DNA of 64,000 nucleotides from Deltaproteobacteria bacterium (GCA_032128375.1 JAQBGU010000179.1:32001-96000); one strand, 5' to 3'. Counted from the first letter of the stretch, positions 48,519 to 58,712 are shown. Notes: a model not told the origin generated them from the sequence alone. Made by a program: numbers and translations.

Positions 48519-49559
48519 TCAGCTACTCGGCTGAGCGATCCATCGAAGGTCCGAGTCGATGAGTCCGTCAGCCATGAGCCTGGAGATGTGCTTGATGCGC
48601 AAATATCGATCCCCCTCGAGATCCTGCTGCTCGAGGCCGATCCGACGATACGCCTCGAGGAGCTGGTCGACCCCTCGAGCCACGGTCCACTTTGGGTCGA
48701 AGCCGGGCAGTCGATCGACGATCTTTCCGAAATCTACCCGATAGCATCTTGGATCCGGCCCGGCTCCCGCTTCGTAAGTGAGCTGACTTCCGGCAACAGC
48801 GTCACGCACGATTTGTGCAACTTCACTGATCCGATAGTTCTCCGTGTTGCGGCCGACGTTGAACGCCTCGTTGTGGATCGCCTCTCGAGGTGCAACGAGG
48901 ACACGCTCGAAGGCATGACAGACGTCTTCGACGTGTACCAGGGGGCGCCAAGGCGTGCCATCACTCTTGAGATGCACCTGGCCCGTAGTCAGGGCCCAGC
49001 CCACCAGGTTGTTGACCACGAGGTCGCCCCGGAGTCGGGGAGATACACCATAGACGGTTGCGTTACGCATGTAGGTGGGACTGAAGTTGTCGTCGGCCAG
49101 CGCCTTCACATCCGCCTCGACCATGACCTTCGACTCGGCATACGGAGTTACGGGGCTGAAGGCGGCGGTTTCGGCGAGCACCTCATCTGGACTCGCGGAT
49201 CCGTAGACGCTGCACGATGAGGAATACAGAAAGCGTGAGACCCCGGCTTGCTTCGCGAGCTTCGCCAAGCGGACGGAGGCACGGTGGTTGATATCGTACG
49301 TGGATTCGGGGTTGAGATTCCCGAGCGGATCGTTCGATATGGCGGCGAGGTGAATCAGAGCGTCGAAGCCTTCGAGATCGTCGCGCCCGACATCGCGGAT
49401 ATCGAGCCGCAGGCAGGGAATCGGCGATTCGTAGTCGCCGAACGTACAGTTCTCGAAGAGATGGCTGTCGAGGCCTACCACTTCATGACCCGCGTCGAGC
49501 AGACACTGGCTCATCACAGCCCCAATGTATCCATCGTGCCCAGTCAGCATCACGCGCAT
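48519..49559 (-). CDS. NAD-dependent epimerase/dehydratase
   Basis: TGHDGYIG, SSSCSVYG, YAESK, RNATVYG, RPLVHVED. Confidence 0.93.
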   Translation of the reverse strand: MRVMLTGHDGYIGAVMSQCLLDAGHEVVGLDSHLFENCTFGDYESPIPCLRLDIRDVGRDDLEGFDALIHLAAISNDPLGNLNPESTYDINHRASVRLAKLAKQAGVSRFLYSSSCSVYGSASPDEVLAETAAFSPVTPYAESKVMVEADVKALADDNFSPTYMRNATVYGVSPRLRGDLVVNNLVGWALTTGQVHLKSDGTPWRPLVHVEDVCHAFERVLVAPREAIHNEAFNVGRNTENYRISEVAQIVRDAVAGSQLTYEAGAGPDPRCYRVDFGKIVDRLPGFDPKWTVARGVDQLLEAYRRIGLEQQDLEGDRYLRIKHISRLMADGLIDSDLRWIAQPSS

Positions 49560-49664
49560 TGTTGCTCCCTACCTGCGTACCATTGCCAGTCTGCCGCTTT
49601 GATCGGCCCCTCTTCGTCAGCAGGTGAGCGATCTTTCGAACTCGACCGAACCTGCACGATGACC

Positions 49665-49905
49665 GCGCCAGCGTTGAAATTCGGGGGCCAAGCTCACCCT
49701 ATCCAGAGCCGAGTGCGCAACTGGAAGTTATCCCAAAAATGCGGATGTCGATCCGGAAGATCTTTCCACGGAACACCCATCCGAAGAATTCACGAGATCG
49801 CATTGTGCGGGGGGTAGGTCACCACAGCGAGGGAGTTCGAGCTCAGTGAATCGGACAATGACGTGAAGAAGATCACCCAGCGGCATTCATGAGATAGCTT
49901 GTACG
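49665..49905 (-). mobile_element. Decayed IS5-family (IS427-like) transposase N-terminal remnant
   Basis: Minus strand reads YKLSHECRWVI ... NAIS*ILRMGVPWKDLPDRHP ... FQRWR, resembling YELTD.QW..I / NGILW.LRTG.PWRDLPERY / RF.RW. Confidence 0.7.
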
Positions 49906-49980
49906 CTAAAATCAGTGCAGTTCAGAGCTCGCCCCAGCTGCGGGCATTCTTTCTCTCGGTTTTGGCGGTGGCCACAATCC

Positions 49981-52221
49981 GTGATACGCCTTCTGCTGCG
50001 ATCCACGGCGATCTTGTCTCTGCCGGTGATCACGCTGGTGGCCATCTGGTTCTCGGTGATCGACCACTACCACGTCTCGAACCGTGGGATCACCGATGAC
50101 CTCGCGGAACAGAGTCGCCGCGTACCGGAAGACGCACTGCTCGAGGAGCTGAACAGCTTCTATTTCATGGGAACACTCGACGCGCTGGACGCCTCTCGAA
50201 CCCTGGAGGCGGCAACGAGGATCCTCCAACAGGGTGAGTTCGCAGTTCCGGGCTCGGACCCGCAGAAGGTGGGTCTGCCGTTCGATCCACGAGATCTCGA
50301 CCGGGGGCCAGCCGTCTGGCAGCTGCAACAGGCAAGCCTCTTCGTACCGCGTCTGTTGGTCAAGGCCTACCGCGTGAGCGGGCGAGAGGAGTTCTTTCTC
50401 GCAGCCCGGGATGTGATGCTCGCCTGGGCGGCCTATGAAGACCGCGCCTTGCTTCCCAAGGGGAGCCTCTGGAATGATCACGCCATTTCTGAGCGCGCGT
50501 TGGCTCTCGCGGACTTCTGGGCGGTCTACCGGAGCCATCCAAGCTACCAAGCCAACGCAGGCGCAGAGGTTCTCGCCTTTGCAGCACGCACCGGCAGCTT
50601 TCTGGTCGATCCTTCGCAGTTCACCGTTTCGACGAACCACGGCGTGATGCAGAACCTCGCACTGTGGCATCTGGGTCTCGCTTTCCCTCTACTGCCCGAA
50701 TCCGCACGTTACCGACGAGTCGCAACCGAGAGGTTGCTGGAACAGATGGACTTCTTCCTCGATTCGGATGGAGTGATCCTCGAGCATTCGGCCGGATATC
50801 AGCTCGCCGGAGTGCAGTTCCTCGGCATGGCCTTCCGGTACATGTCTCTACAGGGAATTGACGTCCCGAGTGATTGGCAGAAAAGGTACGAACGGGCGCA
50901 AGACTTCCTCGAACAGTTGAGGCGCCCGGATGGGTCCCTTCCCATGTTTGGCGACACGAGCGATGGAGGGGATCCGAAGGGCCCGCCGGTCACGAAGCGC
51001 GACGCCGGGGGAGGATATGGGCCGCTCGCCAATCGCGCAGACTGGTCTGCTCCGCGGCCACGGAGCTGGTATCCCACGGCGGGATACTCCATCTGGTGGG
51101 ACGGTGTGCATGCCTGGCCAGACTCTCGGAACATCAGTCAAACCGTTGTCGCCTGGTCATACTTCCCGGGCCACGCACACAAGCACGCAGATGAAGGCAG
51201 TGTGCTGCTCTGGGCGAATGGCGAGACCTGGTGGACCAATGTCGGATACTGGCCCTATGGAACCGCGGGACGCGACGAATCCGAATCCTGGACAGGCTCC
51301 AACGCAACACATCTTTCGGGTGAGCCCTACCAGAGCGAGCGAGCGACGAGGGTGCTGGCTCGCGGCGCGGCGGAAGGTCTCACGATGATCGGTCTGGAGA
51401 GAACTGGACCGGGAGGATACACAGCACGTCGACAGATTGTTCATGTCGGGCAAACACTCTGGTTGGTGATCGATCAGACGTCGGGCGCCCCACAGAGCGA
51501 GAGCCAAACAGTCTGGACCACCTCCCAAGGGGTCGAGATACAAGACGGGCGTATCCCGGGTTCCTTCGAGCTCACGAGCGGAGCGACAGAAACTATGTTG
51601 ACGAAGTTCATCTTGAACTCGCCCGGAACGCGTATTCAGCGAGCCAGGGGCAGCAAGGCGAACTTCCTCGGCTGGCAGGTAGCGAGTGGCGTCCCCAGGC
51701 CGGCATCTGCAATCGTTGTCGAACAGCCCGCAGACGGCTCCTTCGCCGTGGCCGTCTGGTCACTGGACGACGGGCGGCCGGAGACGCGGAAGTTTACCTC
51801 GCCGCCATCCGTGGTCTCCTGGAAGGGGCCGGAACAGTGGACGATTGCATTGCCACTGGAGTCGGGATCGGTTCAGCTATCACGCGAATCAGACAGAGTT
51901 TCGCTGGCCGACGCGGACGCCAAAGGCTCTAGTCAGCTCATCCTTTCAAGCCCTGGTCCAGTCGATGCCCAAAGAGCTGCGATTCGAGACGCCCATCTGA
52001 AGGCGTTGGTCACGTACCCAGGGTTCAGCGACCATATCGATTATCGTCTGAAAGCAACGTACATGTGCTGCCTCGTTCTGTTTCTACAGGAAGCTTTCTT
52101 GGCTGCGTACCGAAGACATCCCAGAAGGCACTACACCCTTTTGAGGGGGCTCAGCCTGCTAGCTTGGGTGCCCCTGGGAATCTGGATCGTTTTGATCCGG
52201 ACACCTCTGATCACTTACTGA
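49981..52221 (+). CDS. Heparinase II/III-family protein with terminal TM segments
   Basis: WNDHA..ER, NHG.MQN, DGV.LEHS.GYQ, PDGSLPMFGD, HKHAD; start uncertain. Confidence 0.85.
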   Translation: MIRLLLRSTAILSLPVITLVAIWFSVIDHYHVSNRGITDDLAEQSRRVPEDALLEELNSFYFMGTLDALDASRTLEAATRILQQGEFAVPGSDPQKVGLPFDPRDLDRGPAVWQLQQASLFVPRLLVKAYRVSGREEFFLAARDVMLAWAAYEDRALLPKGSLWNDHAISERALALADFWAVYRSHPSYQANAGAEVLAFAARTGSFLVDPSQFTVSTNHGVMQNLALWHLGLAFPLLPESARYRRVATERLLEQMDFFLDSDGVILEHSAGYQLAGVQFLGMAFRYMSLQGIDVPSDWQKRYERAQDFLEQLRRPDGSLPMFGDTSDGGDPKGPPVTKRDAGGGYGPLANRADWSAPRPRSWYPTAGYSIWWDGVHAWPDSRNISQTVVAWSYFPGHAHKHADEGSVLLWANGETWWTNVGYWPYGTAGRDESESWTGSNATHLSGEPYQSERATRVLARGAAEGLTMIGLERTGPGGYTARRQIVHVGQTLWLVIDQTSGAPQSESQTVWTTSQGVEIQDGRIPGSFELTSGATETMLTKFILNSPGTRIQRARGSKANFLGWQVASGVPRPASAIVVEQPADGSFAVAVWSLDDGRPETRKFTSPPSVVSWKGPEQWTIALPLESGSVQLSRESDRVSLADADAKGSSQLILSSPGPVDAQRAAIRDAHLKALVTYPGFSDHIDYRLKATYMCCLVLFLQEAFLAAYRRHPRRHYTLLRGLSLLAWVPLGIWIVLIRTPLITY

Positions 52222-53006
52222 CCGAACCCGTGTTTCCGACTCCTCTGATACTCGATTGATGTTGTGCAGATCGCCGCTGTCAGCAACCAAACGCCGTAGG
52301 TCATCCAGAGTTCAGCCAGATCCGGGCCCCACCGGCAAAAGACGAGTACCGCAACGATCGCCGCTGCCGGCTGTACTGCGAGGACGGTCAAGCTGAACAA
52401 CAGCGACCTTCGCAAGCCGCCGATCCATGACGGCCGCTCCCCTCGTAGAGACGAGTACCAGCCTAGTTCCGCAAGGACTATCGCCGTGACGATTCCCCCT
52501 TGAAAACTCTCCAGCTCCAGCCGTGTGTCACCCGACCGGACGAGCGGGCCGCTCACCGTGACATCGGCGCCGAGCATTGTGGCGACGCTTCCCGCACCGT
52601 GTGCGAGCATTGACTCCGCCCACGGTGTCGTGATGGTGAAGAGGAAGTAGGGCGCTGGCACGACCCAGAAGCACAAAACCATCGGCAGTACAGGTGGGCG
52701 ACCCAACATGAGGGCAACTCCTGTCGCGGCCAAGGGAAGTCCGATCTGAGCGATCGCCCAGGAGTCGGCCCCGATGCCCAAGAGTTGCAGGCCCATCGCA
52801 AGCGCAAGAACGGCAGCGCCGACGCCAACACGGGGCACGACAGCCCGAAAAGCCGTTCCGGGTCGTAGGCAATTCGCGAGCAGGAGCGGCGCGATGATGA
52901 CGTAGTGTGACCAGGGAGAGCTTGCGACGAGTTCGATGCTGTGAGCAATCGTTGGCGACAAGGCCACCGCTGCAGCTACCCAGTAAACTAGCGGTGAGAG
53001 TTGCAT
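52215..53006 (-). CDS. Exosortase-like membrane protein lacking a recognisable Cys/Arg/His triad
   Basis: About 8 hydrophobic segments, 263 aa; WSH..I.P, F..VP.P, LG..V..SG..V layout of exosortases; CSG position reads QGG. Confidence 0.7.
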   Translation of the reverse strand: MQLSPLVYWVAAAVALSPTIAHSIELVASSPWSHYVIIAPLLLANCLRPGTAFRAVVPRVGVGAAVLALAMGLQLLGIGADSWAIAQIGLPLAATGVALMLGRPPVLPMVLCFWVVPAPYFLFTITTPWAESMLAHGAGSVATMLGADVTVSGPLVRSGDTRLELESFQGGIVTAIVLAELGWYSSLRGERPSWIGGLRRSLLFSLTVLAVQPAAAIVAVLVFCRWGPDLAELWMTYGVWLLTAAICTTSIEYQRSRKHGFGQ

Positions 53007-53175
53007 TTGAGGTGGATGCTCCTGCGACTCCCGAGTGAGCCCTGCAAGGCTCCGAGGAGTACAGCAGACCGGGGCGCATAGTTGCAGCGGAAAAAGAAGC
53101 CGATGGCAGGAGAGGTCCTGATCAATATGGAGGTGAAATGCAGCAATATCTTGGACGAACGCTTCGTTTCTGGAT

Positions 53176-53322
53176 TCAGTAGTAGGCCGGGCCGCTCACT
53201 CGCGGGAATTCTAGACCTCGACGGATAAAATTCAACTTGGTCGGTCTCCACACAAGCGGAAAGAGATACACCAAATTGTATGATCGATTCGGGGTTCTTG
53301 GACTGCTTCCGAGCACGGCCAT
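53176..53322 (-). pseudogene. Decayed 5' fragment paralogous to GT4 41739-42923
   Basis: MAVLGSSPRTPNRSYNLVYLFPLVWRPTKLNFIRR vs MTALQSNPTTSERSYRLVYLFPLVWRPTKENFRRR; shared upstream CTATAG. Confidence 0.9.
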
Positions 53323-53833
53323 ATTCGCGACTATAGAGTGTGCCACGCCGTCAGTCATCCGATCTCATCGAAACGAACCTTCCGTGCCGGCCCGGTCGTC
53401 ACACAATTGCGTCGTTCTCGCAGGCTAGCTCAACTGGTCGAAGAATTTCGGGTACCTGGCTGGCGCCCTTCATCGGCGCTTCGAATCGCATTGTTCTGGC
53501 TATCGACTGGAAGCGCCGTCTCGCAGCAGGGATCGGCAACAAGCTGCGAAGACCCACCGGCAAGCGGAACGGGTGCACTTAACACGCAGAACATCAGATC
53601 GCCTTCGCTTGAGTCAGCCGGAGACGGGATCAAGACAGGAATCCGATGTTCTGATTGTATTCCCTTCTGGCATCAGATCGGATCCTTTCCCTTTCGGGGT
53701 ACTGAGCCCTCAATTGGACCAGCGGCTTGATTTGTCCAGACTAGGCTGAAGGCTTACGATGATCTTGGTGAGTGCTGTTCTCAGGATACAGAACCCCCTA
53801 AATGCGTGCGTGGCGGGCAGGTAGTTTCCGAAC

Positions 53834-55240
53834 ATGGCATTCAACTCGATCGCGTTCGCGATTTTTCTCAGCGCGGTCGTTCCGCTCTATTTCGCGCTGG
53901 GCCATCGCCGGCAGAATCACATGCTGCTCGTCGCGAGCTATGTCTTCTACGGCAGTTGGGATTGGCGATTTCTCTCGCTGATTCTGGTGTCCACGCTGGT
54001 GAACTACCTCGTCGGGGGTGCGCTCAGGCACGCCTCAGATCGGCAGCGGCGTCTCCGCCTGGTGTCGTTCGCAATGGTGTCGAACCTCGGAATCCTGGGA
54101 TTTTTCAAATACTTCAATTTCTTCGCCGATTCCCTTTCCGAGTTGATGTCGAGCCTGGGAGTCTCGACCAACTGGACTCTCTTCGAGATCGTCCTGCCTG
54201 TGGGCATCTCGTTCTACACCTTCCAGACGATGAGCTACACGATCGACGTATACCGAGGGCGCATGGAAGCGACGCGTTCGTTCTTCGATTTTGCGCTGTT
54301 CGTCGCGTTCTTCCCTCAACTCGTCGCGGGGCCCATCGAGCGAGCGAGAGATCTTCTGCCTTCGATCTCGAACCCGAGGCATCCGAGCCTGGAGCAGGCC
54401 ACACGCGGCGCGTACCTGATTTTGTTCGGACTCTTCAAGAAGATCGTGATCGCGGACGGGTTGGCGCCCTCGGTGAACGCGATCTTCGGCGCCAGCGCGG
54501 GCCTCTCCGGGACGGACATCTGGCTCAGCTCGGTGCTCTTTGCGTTCCAGATCTACTGCGACTTCTCCGGTTACTCGGACATAGCGCGAGGAGTTTCCAA
54601 AATCCTCGGTTTCAACCTGCATCAGAATTTCAACCAGCCCTACTTCTCCAGCAGCCCTCGAGAATTCTGGCGCCGCTGGCACATGAGCCTTTCGAACTGG
54701 CTACGCGATTATCTCTATATCTCGCTCGGGGGAAGCCAAAAGGGCGAAGGTCGCACCTATCGAAACCTGATCGTCACGATGATGCTCGGGGGCCTCTGGC
54801 ACGGCGCGGCCTGGAACTTCGTTCTGTGGGGCCTGTATCAGGGATTTTTGCTCTGCGTACATCGCGCCTGGGCGCAGCGGTACCCTGCACGCGTGGGGTT
54901 GGGGAGACAGGCCCTGAAGATTGGGGTGCTTTTCCTCTTCACCTGTTATGGATGGATGCTGTTTCGTGCAGAAAGTTTCGCGCAGATCAGCGAGTTCACA
55001 CGACTCATGCTTACGGACTATTCGCTGATCAATTTTCAGGCCAGCAGGCCGTCTCTTTCGACCCTTTTGGGCCTTCCCTTGTTGGTTCTGCTCGACACTC
55101 TCCATTACCTCGGAGATTCGCCTCGGTTCTACCGCGCTTGGCCTGCGGCCGCCCGCGGTCTGCTCTACGCGACACTCCTCGTTCTGATCTTCATGGGACT
55201 CACGAATGCCCCGGCCGAGTTCATCTATTTCCAATTCTGA
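53834..55240 (+). CDS. MBOAT O-acyltransferase (AlgI/DltB-like)
   Basis: LPVGISFYTFQ, FFPQLVAGPIER, DFSGYSD, FWRRWHMSLS, GLWHGA, FIYFQF. Confidence 0.95.
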   Translation: MAFNSIAFAIFLSAVVPLYFALGHRRQNHMLLVASYVFYGSWDWRFLSLILVSTLVNYLVGGALRHASDRQRRLRLVSFAMVSNLGILGFFKYFNFFADSLSELMSSLGVSTNWTLFEIVLPVGISFYTFQTMSYTIDVYRGRMEATRSFFDFALFVAFFPQLVAGPIERARDLLPSISNPRHPSLEQATRGAYLILFGLFKKIVIADGLAPSVNAIFGASAGLSGTDIWLSSVLFAFQIYCDFSGYSDIARGVSKILGFNLHQNFNQPYFSSSPREFWRRWHMSLSNWLRDYLYISLGGSQKGEGRTYRNLIVTMMLGGLWHGAAWNFVLWGLYQGFLLCVHRAWAQRYPARVGLGRQALKIGVLFLFTCYGWMLFRAESFAQISEFTRLMLTDYSLINFQASRPSLSTLLGLPLLVLLDTLHYLGDSPRFYRAWPAAARGLLYATLLVLIFMGLTNAPAEFIYFQF

Positions 55241-56384
55241 TTCGACGGCTGATTCAGCGCGGAGCGGTCTGCGCAGCGCAGCCGTCGCCGCGGGCTGGGT
55301 CGTGTTCTGGCTCGCCGTGATCGACGCAATCGCCGGTTTGACATTCTCTCCCGCGAAGAGCGACGAACCGGGACTCGTCGGACAATTCGCCAGCTACTTC
55401 GAACGCGGAATGTCCAGCGAGGCGAGACTTCGGCGCCGTGTTGACGATCCGACGGGTCGGTACAACGAGATGCTGGCCTCGGGATGGGTCGATCCAGAGC
55501 AATGGAGAAACCAGAACTCTCGAGCCGGCGCTGGGCAAGAGCAGCTCGTCGCGTTCTACGGGAACTCACTGACGCGCCAGGTTGCGAGTGTGGTCGCGGA
55601 ACAAAATCCCGACGTTGGGGTGCGCATGGTGTTCGGCCCGATCGCGCCGCCGAGCCACGCGTACGCGTGCTTTCTCGCAGATCGCGGCTTGCACGCTGCG
55701 GATGTCGTGGTGTTAGGTGTTTCCTCCAACACGGTGGCCGGCGTTCTCTCCATGACGCGTATTACGCAGTCGATCGTCGAGCCGCTTCCGTATACCTACA
55801 CCCGCTACTTCGTCGAAGATGGCGACATAACCGCGGTGGAGCCAATGGTCTCGACTCTGGCAGAGCTCCGCGCAGCGCTGGCGGAGCCGGCGCAGTGGCA
55901 GCGTCACAGTATGCAGCTCGCCGAGTTCGATGAGTTCTATTCGGCGAGACTGTTCAACGCAAGCGTCCTCGATCACTCGATGCTCGCGAAGCTCTTGCGG
56001 GCGGCCCTCGCAATTCGCCGGGAAAGGGAGGTAAGCGATCGCGTGAAGGGGCGTTCCGGCTTCCAAGAGGGTTCCGAAGCAACCCACGTCCTCCGGGCAA
56101 TACTGCGCGACTTCGGTTCCCGTGCGCGGAGTGATGGAAGACGGGCGCTTGTTTTGGTCATGAGCACGATTGGAGACGGTGACGGCCTCGATAAGCTGCT
56201 CCGCGAGTCGCTCGCGCAAGACGGGATCGAGGCCTTGTATTCGAATGACGTCTGTCCGTCGACCGATCGCGATACCTATCAGGACGACGGTCACTTCTCG
56301 CCTGATTGCGCGCGTGCCATTGCGGAAGAGCTGATACGCGGGCTCCGGATGCCGGAAGTCGCGGAGGCGAAGCACGAGGGCTGA
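55206..56384 (+). CDS. SGNH-like periplasmic partner of the MBOAT (AlgJ-type role)
   Basis: N-terminal TM; FYGNS block-I-like motif; C-terminal DDGH; overlaps the MBOAT end. Confidence 0.65.
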   Translation: MPRPSSSISNSDSTADSARSGLRSAAVAAGWVVFWLAVIDAIAGLTFSPAKSDEPGLVGQFASYFERGMSSEARLRRRVDDPTGRYNEMLASGWVDPEQWRNQNSRAGAGQEQLVAFYGNSLTRQVASVVAEQNPDVGVRMVFGPIAPPSHAYACFLADRGLHAADVVVLGVSSNTVAGVLSMTRITQSIVEPLPYTYTRYFVEDGDITAVEPMVSTLAELRAALAEPAQWQRHSMQLAEFDEFYSARLFNASVLDHSMLAKLLRAALAIRREREVSDRVKGRSGFQEGSEATHVLRAILRDFGSRARSDGRRALVLVMSTIGDGDGLDKLLRESLAQDGIEALYSNDVCPSTDRDTYQDDGHFSPDCARAIAEELIRGLRMPEVAEAKHEG

Positions 56385-56513
56385 TCAGCGGCGTGCGAGA
56401 GGGCAGAGAGGAGTCATTCGATCGCGTGGTACACAGCCGCAGCCGACAGCGGATGAACTTCGTCTTGCAGCGACGGGTAAGTCGCGACGAAAGCCGTAGC
56501 CAGGTGAAGCGCT

Positions 56514-57518
56514 TCAAACAGGCGGGGTCGTATCACCCGGCACCCGGCGATGAAATTCCGCTCTGGTACGGCTGATGTCGTCGTGAACTCCAATCCGCGA
56601 ATACGCAGTCGGCTGATCGAGGCAACGCGCAAGCCCTGGTACGGTCGTCACAGCAGCGCGATAGCCGCACGTGAGCACGAGCCGCGCAAGCGCGTCGTTG
56701 AACGCGCCTGATGGGTAGGCGAAGACGCCGGACCGACCGAGACCATGCTCCAATAGTGCGGTGCGCGAATCTCGGAGCTCCACTTCGGCATCCGCCAGAT
56801 CTACTCCGGTAAGGATGGCGTGGCTCAAACCGTGAGATTCAAACTCGATCCCCGAAGCAGCCATGAGATCAATCTCGTCCCAGTCCAGGAGCTCGCGCTC
56901 GGCCGGAAGTACACTTCCAGGTGCCATTTTGCGCAACTGTTCGAGTGCGCCCTCTCGCTCATCTTGCCTCAAGGCCTTGAAGTGGGAGAGTAGAGACGCA
57001 GGAACATCGACCCGCGAAGGCAATCCGAACTGCCGCGCGATTTCAGCCCTAGCGTCTGAAGCAAGTGGGGAGAGGCTCCGCGATAGCTCGTCGGGCCAGA
57101 AGGCTCCGGGCGTACCGACCCGATCGATCACGACAAAGACTGCGGCGCTCAGGTTGTGTTGGCGCAGCGCCGGAAACGCATAGACGAAATTGTCGCGCCA
57201 GCCGTCGTCGAATGTGATCGAGCAAGCGCCCTTTGGGAGCGGTCGGTTTTGGGTGAGGTGATCGACCACCTCGGATAACGGCAATACCCTAAAAGACTTC
57301 TGCAGCCAACCCAGGTGCCGAGCGAACGTCTCCGGGGTGACATACATTCCGGGCTCTACCCACAGGCGTGCGGCTTCGTCGATGGGTAGAACACGATGGT
57401 ACGTCAGGATGACTGCGCAGCTTCCGTCGAGACGTTCACGCTGGTGCGCGTGGAGTCCCGACACCTCGAAGATGCTGGCGCGAAGCCAGCGGGCAAGACT
57501 TGCGCCGGGAACGTTCAC
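56514..57518 (-). CDS. NodB-type polysaccharide deacetylase
   Basis: LTYHRV, ITFDDGW, ESHGLSH, FAYPSG; start uncertain. Confidence 0.9.
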   Translation of the reverse strand: MNVPGASLARWLRASIFEVSGLHAHQRERLDGSCAVILTYHRVLPIDEAARLWVEPGMYVTPETFARHLGWLQKSFRVLPLSEVVDHLTQNRPLPKGACSITFDDGWRDNFVYAFPALRQHNLSAAVFVVIDRVGTPGAFWPDELSRSLSPLASDARAEIARQFGLPSRVDVPASLLSHFKALRQDEREGALEQLRKMAPGSVLPAERELLDWDEIDLMAASGIEFESHGLSHAILTGVDLADAEVELRDSRTALLEHGLGRSGVFAYPSGAFNDALARLVLTCGYRAAVTTVPGLARCLDQPTAYSRIGVHDDISRTRAEFHRRVPGDTTPPV

Positions 57519-57597
57519 GCTTCGGCACCTCGTGTGGCCGACAAGAACGGGCCAACAAGAAGCGCCCACAGGCCGACACACCGATGGAAACTTCCCC

Positions 57598-58671
57598 ATG
57601 ACACCGATCAAGGTCGTGCATCTGATTTCCGCGGATCTCTGGGCGGGCGCAGAGGTTTCAACTTATCACGCTGTGTGCGCGCTCGCCAGACGAGCCGACG
57701 TGCAGGTATCGGTCGTCGCACTCAACGAAGGCGAGTTTTGCACGCGAATCCGGGATGCCGGCATCGTTCTCCATGTTGTGCCAGAAATCGAGAGTTCATT
57801 CCTCGATCTCATTCGCGAGATCAGACGAGTCGTCGCGGGATGCGACATCGTTCACGCACATCGTTACAAGGAAAATCTGCTGGCGGCATTCTGCGGCCGC
57901 CCATGGGTTTGTACCCAGCACGGTCGGCCAGAGTCCTTTCGAGGGCGCGCCAGGATTCGAGCTGCTGTCTCTGCCCGTCTGGATCAGCTCGCGAAGGTTC
58001 GATCTGCGCGTCGAACGATCGCGGTATCGAGCGAGATCGAGGCATGGCTTCTCGACTTCATCGACCGCAAGCGCGTTGCGCTGGTGTGGAACGGAATTGC
58101 GGATCCCGCTCCCGACGGGGTGCTCCGCCCGTGGAACGAGCGTCCCCTCCGAGTGGGTATTCTGGGGCGACTCGCCCCCGTCAAGCGTTTCGAACTCGCA
58201 CTCGCCGCAGTCGCTCGCTGCCCCGGGCTCCAGCTCGATGTCGTGGGCGACGGCCCGGAACGCGCCTTTCTCGAGGATCAGTCGCGACGGCTCGACGTAG
58301 GCGATCGCGTCAAATTCCTCGGGCACCTTCCCGATCCATCCGAATGGGTGGCGAACTGGCGTGCGTTGCTCGTCACAAGCCTGCACGAAGGGAACCCCAT
58401 GAGCGTGCTCGAGGCTCTGGCGCTCGGCACTCCGGTAATCTGTGGACGCCTCCCGGGTGTCGAGGAAGTACTCGCTGGGAGCGCCGGTTGGGTGGTCGAT
58501 GAACCCAGCGACGCAGCCGCGTGGGGACGCGTACTCGTGGCTGCTGCAGGCAATGAAAAGGACGGCAACCGGGCTTCCCAGCAAGCCCGCGATCGCTTCC
58601 TGAGCGCTTTCACATCCGAGCGGTGTGCGACCCAGTTGGTTTCGGTCTATCGTGAAGCTCTGAAGATGTGA
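57598..58671 (+). CDS. Glycosyltransferase family 4
   Basis: DLWAGAE, GRLAPVK, VGDGPER, SLHEGNPMSVLEA. Confidence 0.92.
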   Translation: MTPIKVVHLISADLWAGAEVSTYHAVCALARRADVQVSVVALNEGEFCTRIRDAGIVLHVVPEIESSFLDLIREIRRVVAGCDIVHAHRYKENLLAAFCGRPWVCTQHGRPESFRGRARIRAAVSARLDQLAKVRSARRTIAVSSEIEAWLLDFIDRKRVALVWNGIADPAPDGVLRPWNERPLRVGILGRLAPVKRFELALAAVARCPGLQLDVVGDGPERAFLEDQSRRLDVGDRVKFLGHLPDPSEWVANWRALLVTSLHEGNPMSVLEALALGTPVICGRLPGVEEVLAGSAGWVVDEPSDAAAWGRVLVAAAGNEKDGNRASQQARDRFLSAFTSERCATQLVSVYREALKM

Positions 58672-58712
58672 GCCACCTGCGAATCCATTCCCGCCGCGGT
58701 GCCCGCCTGGGA

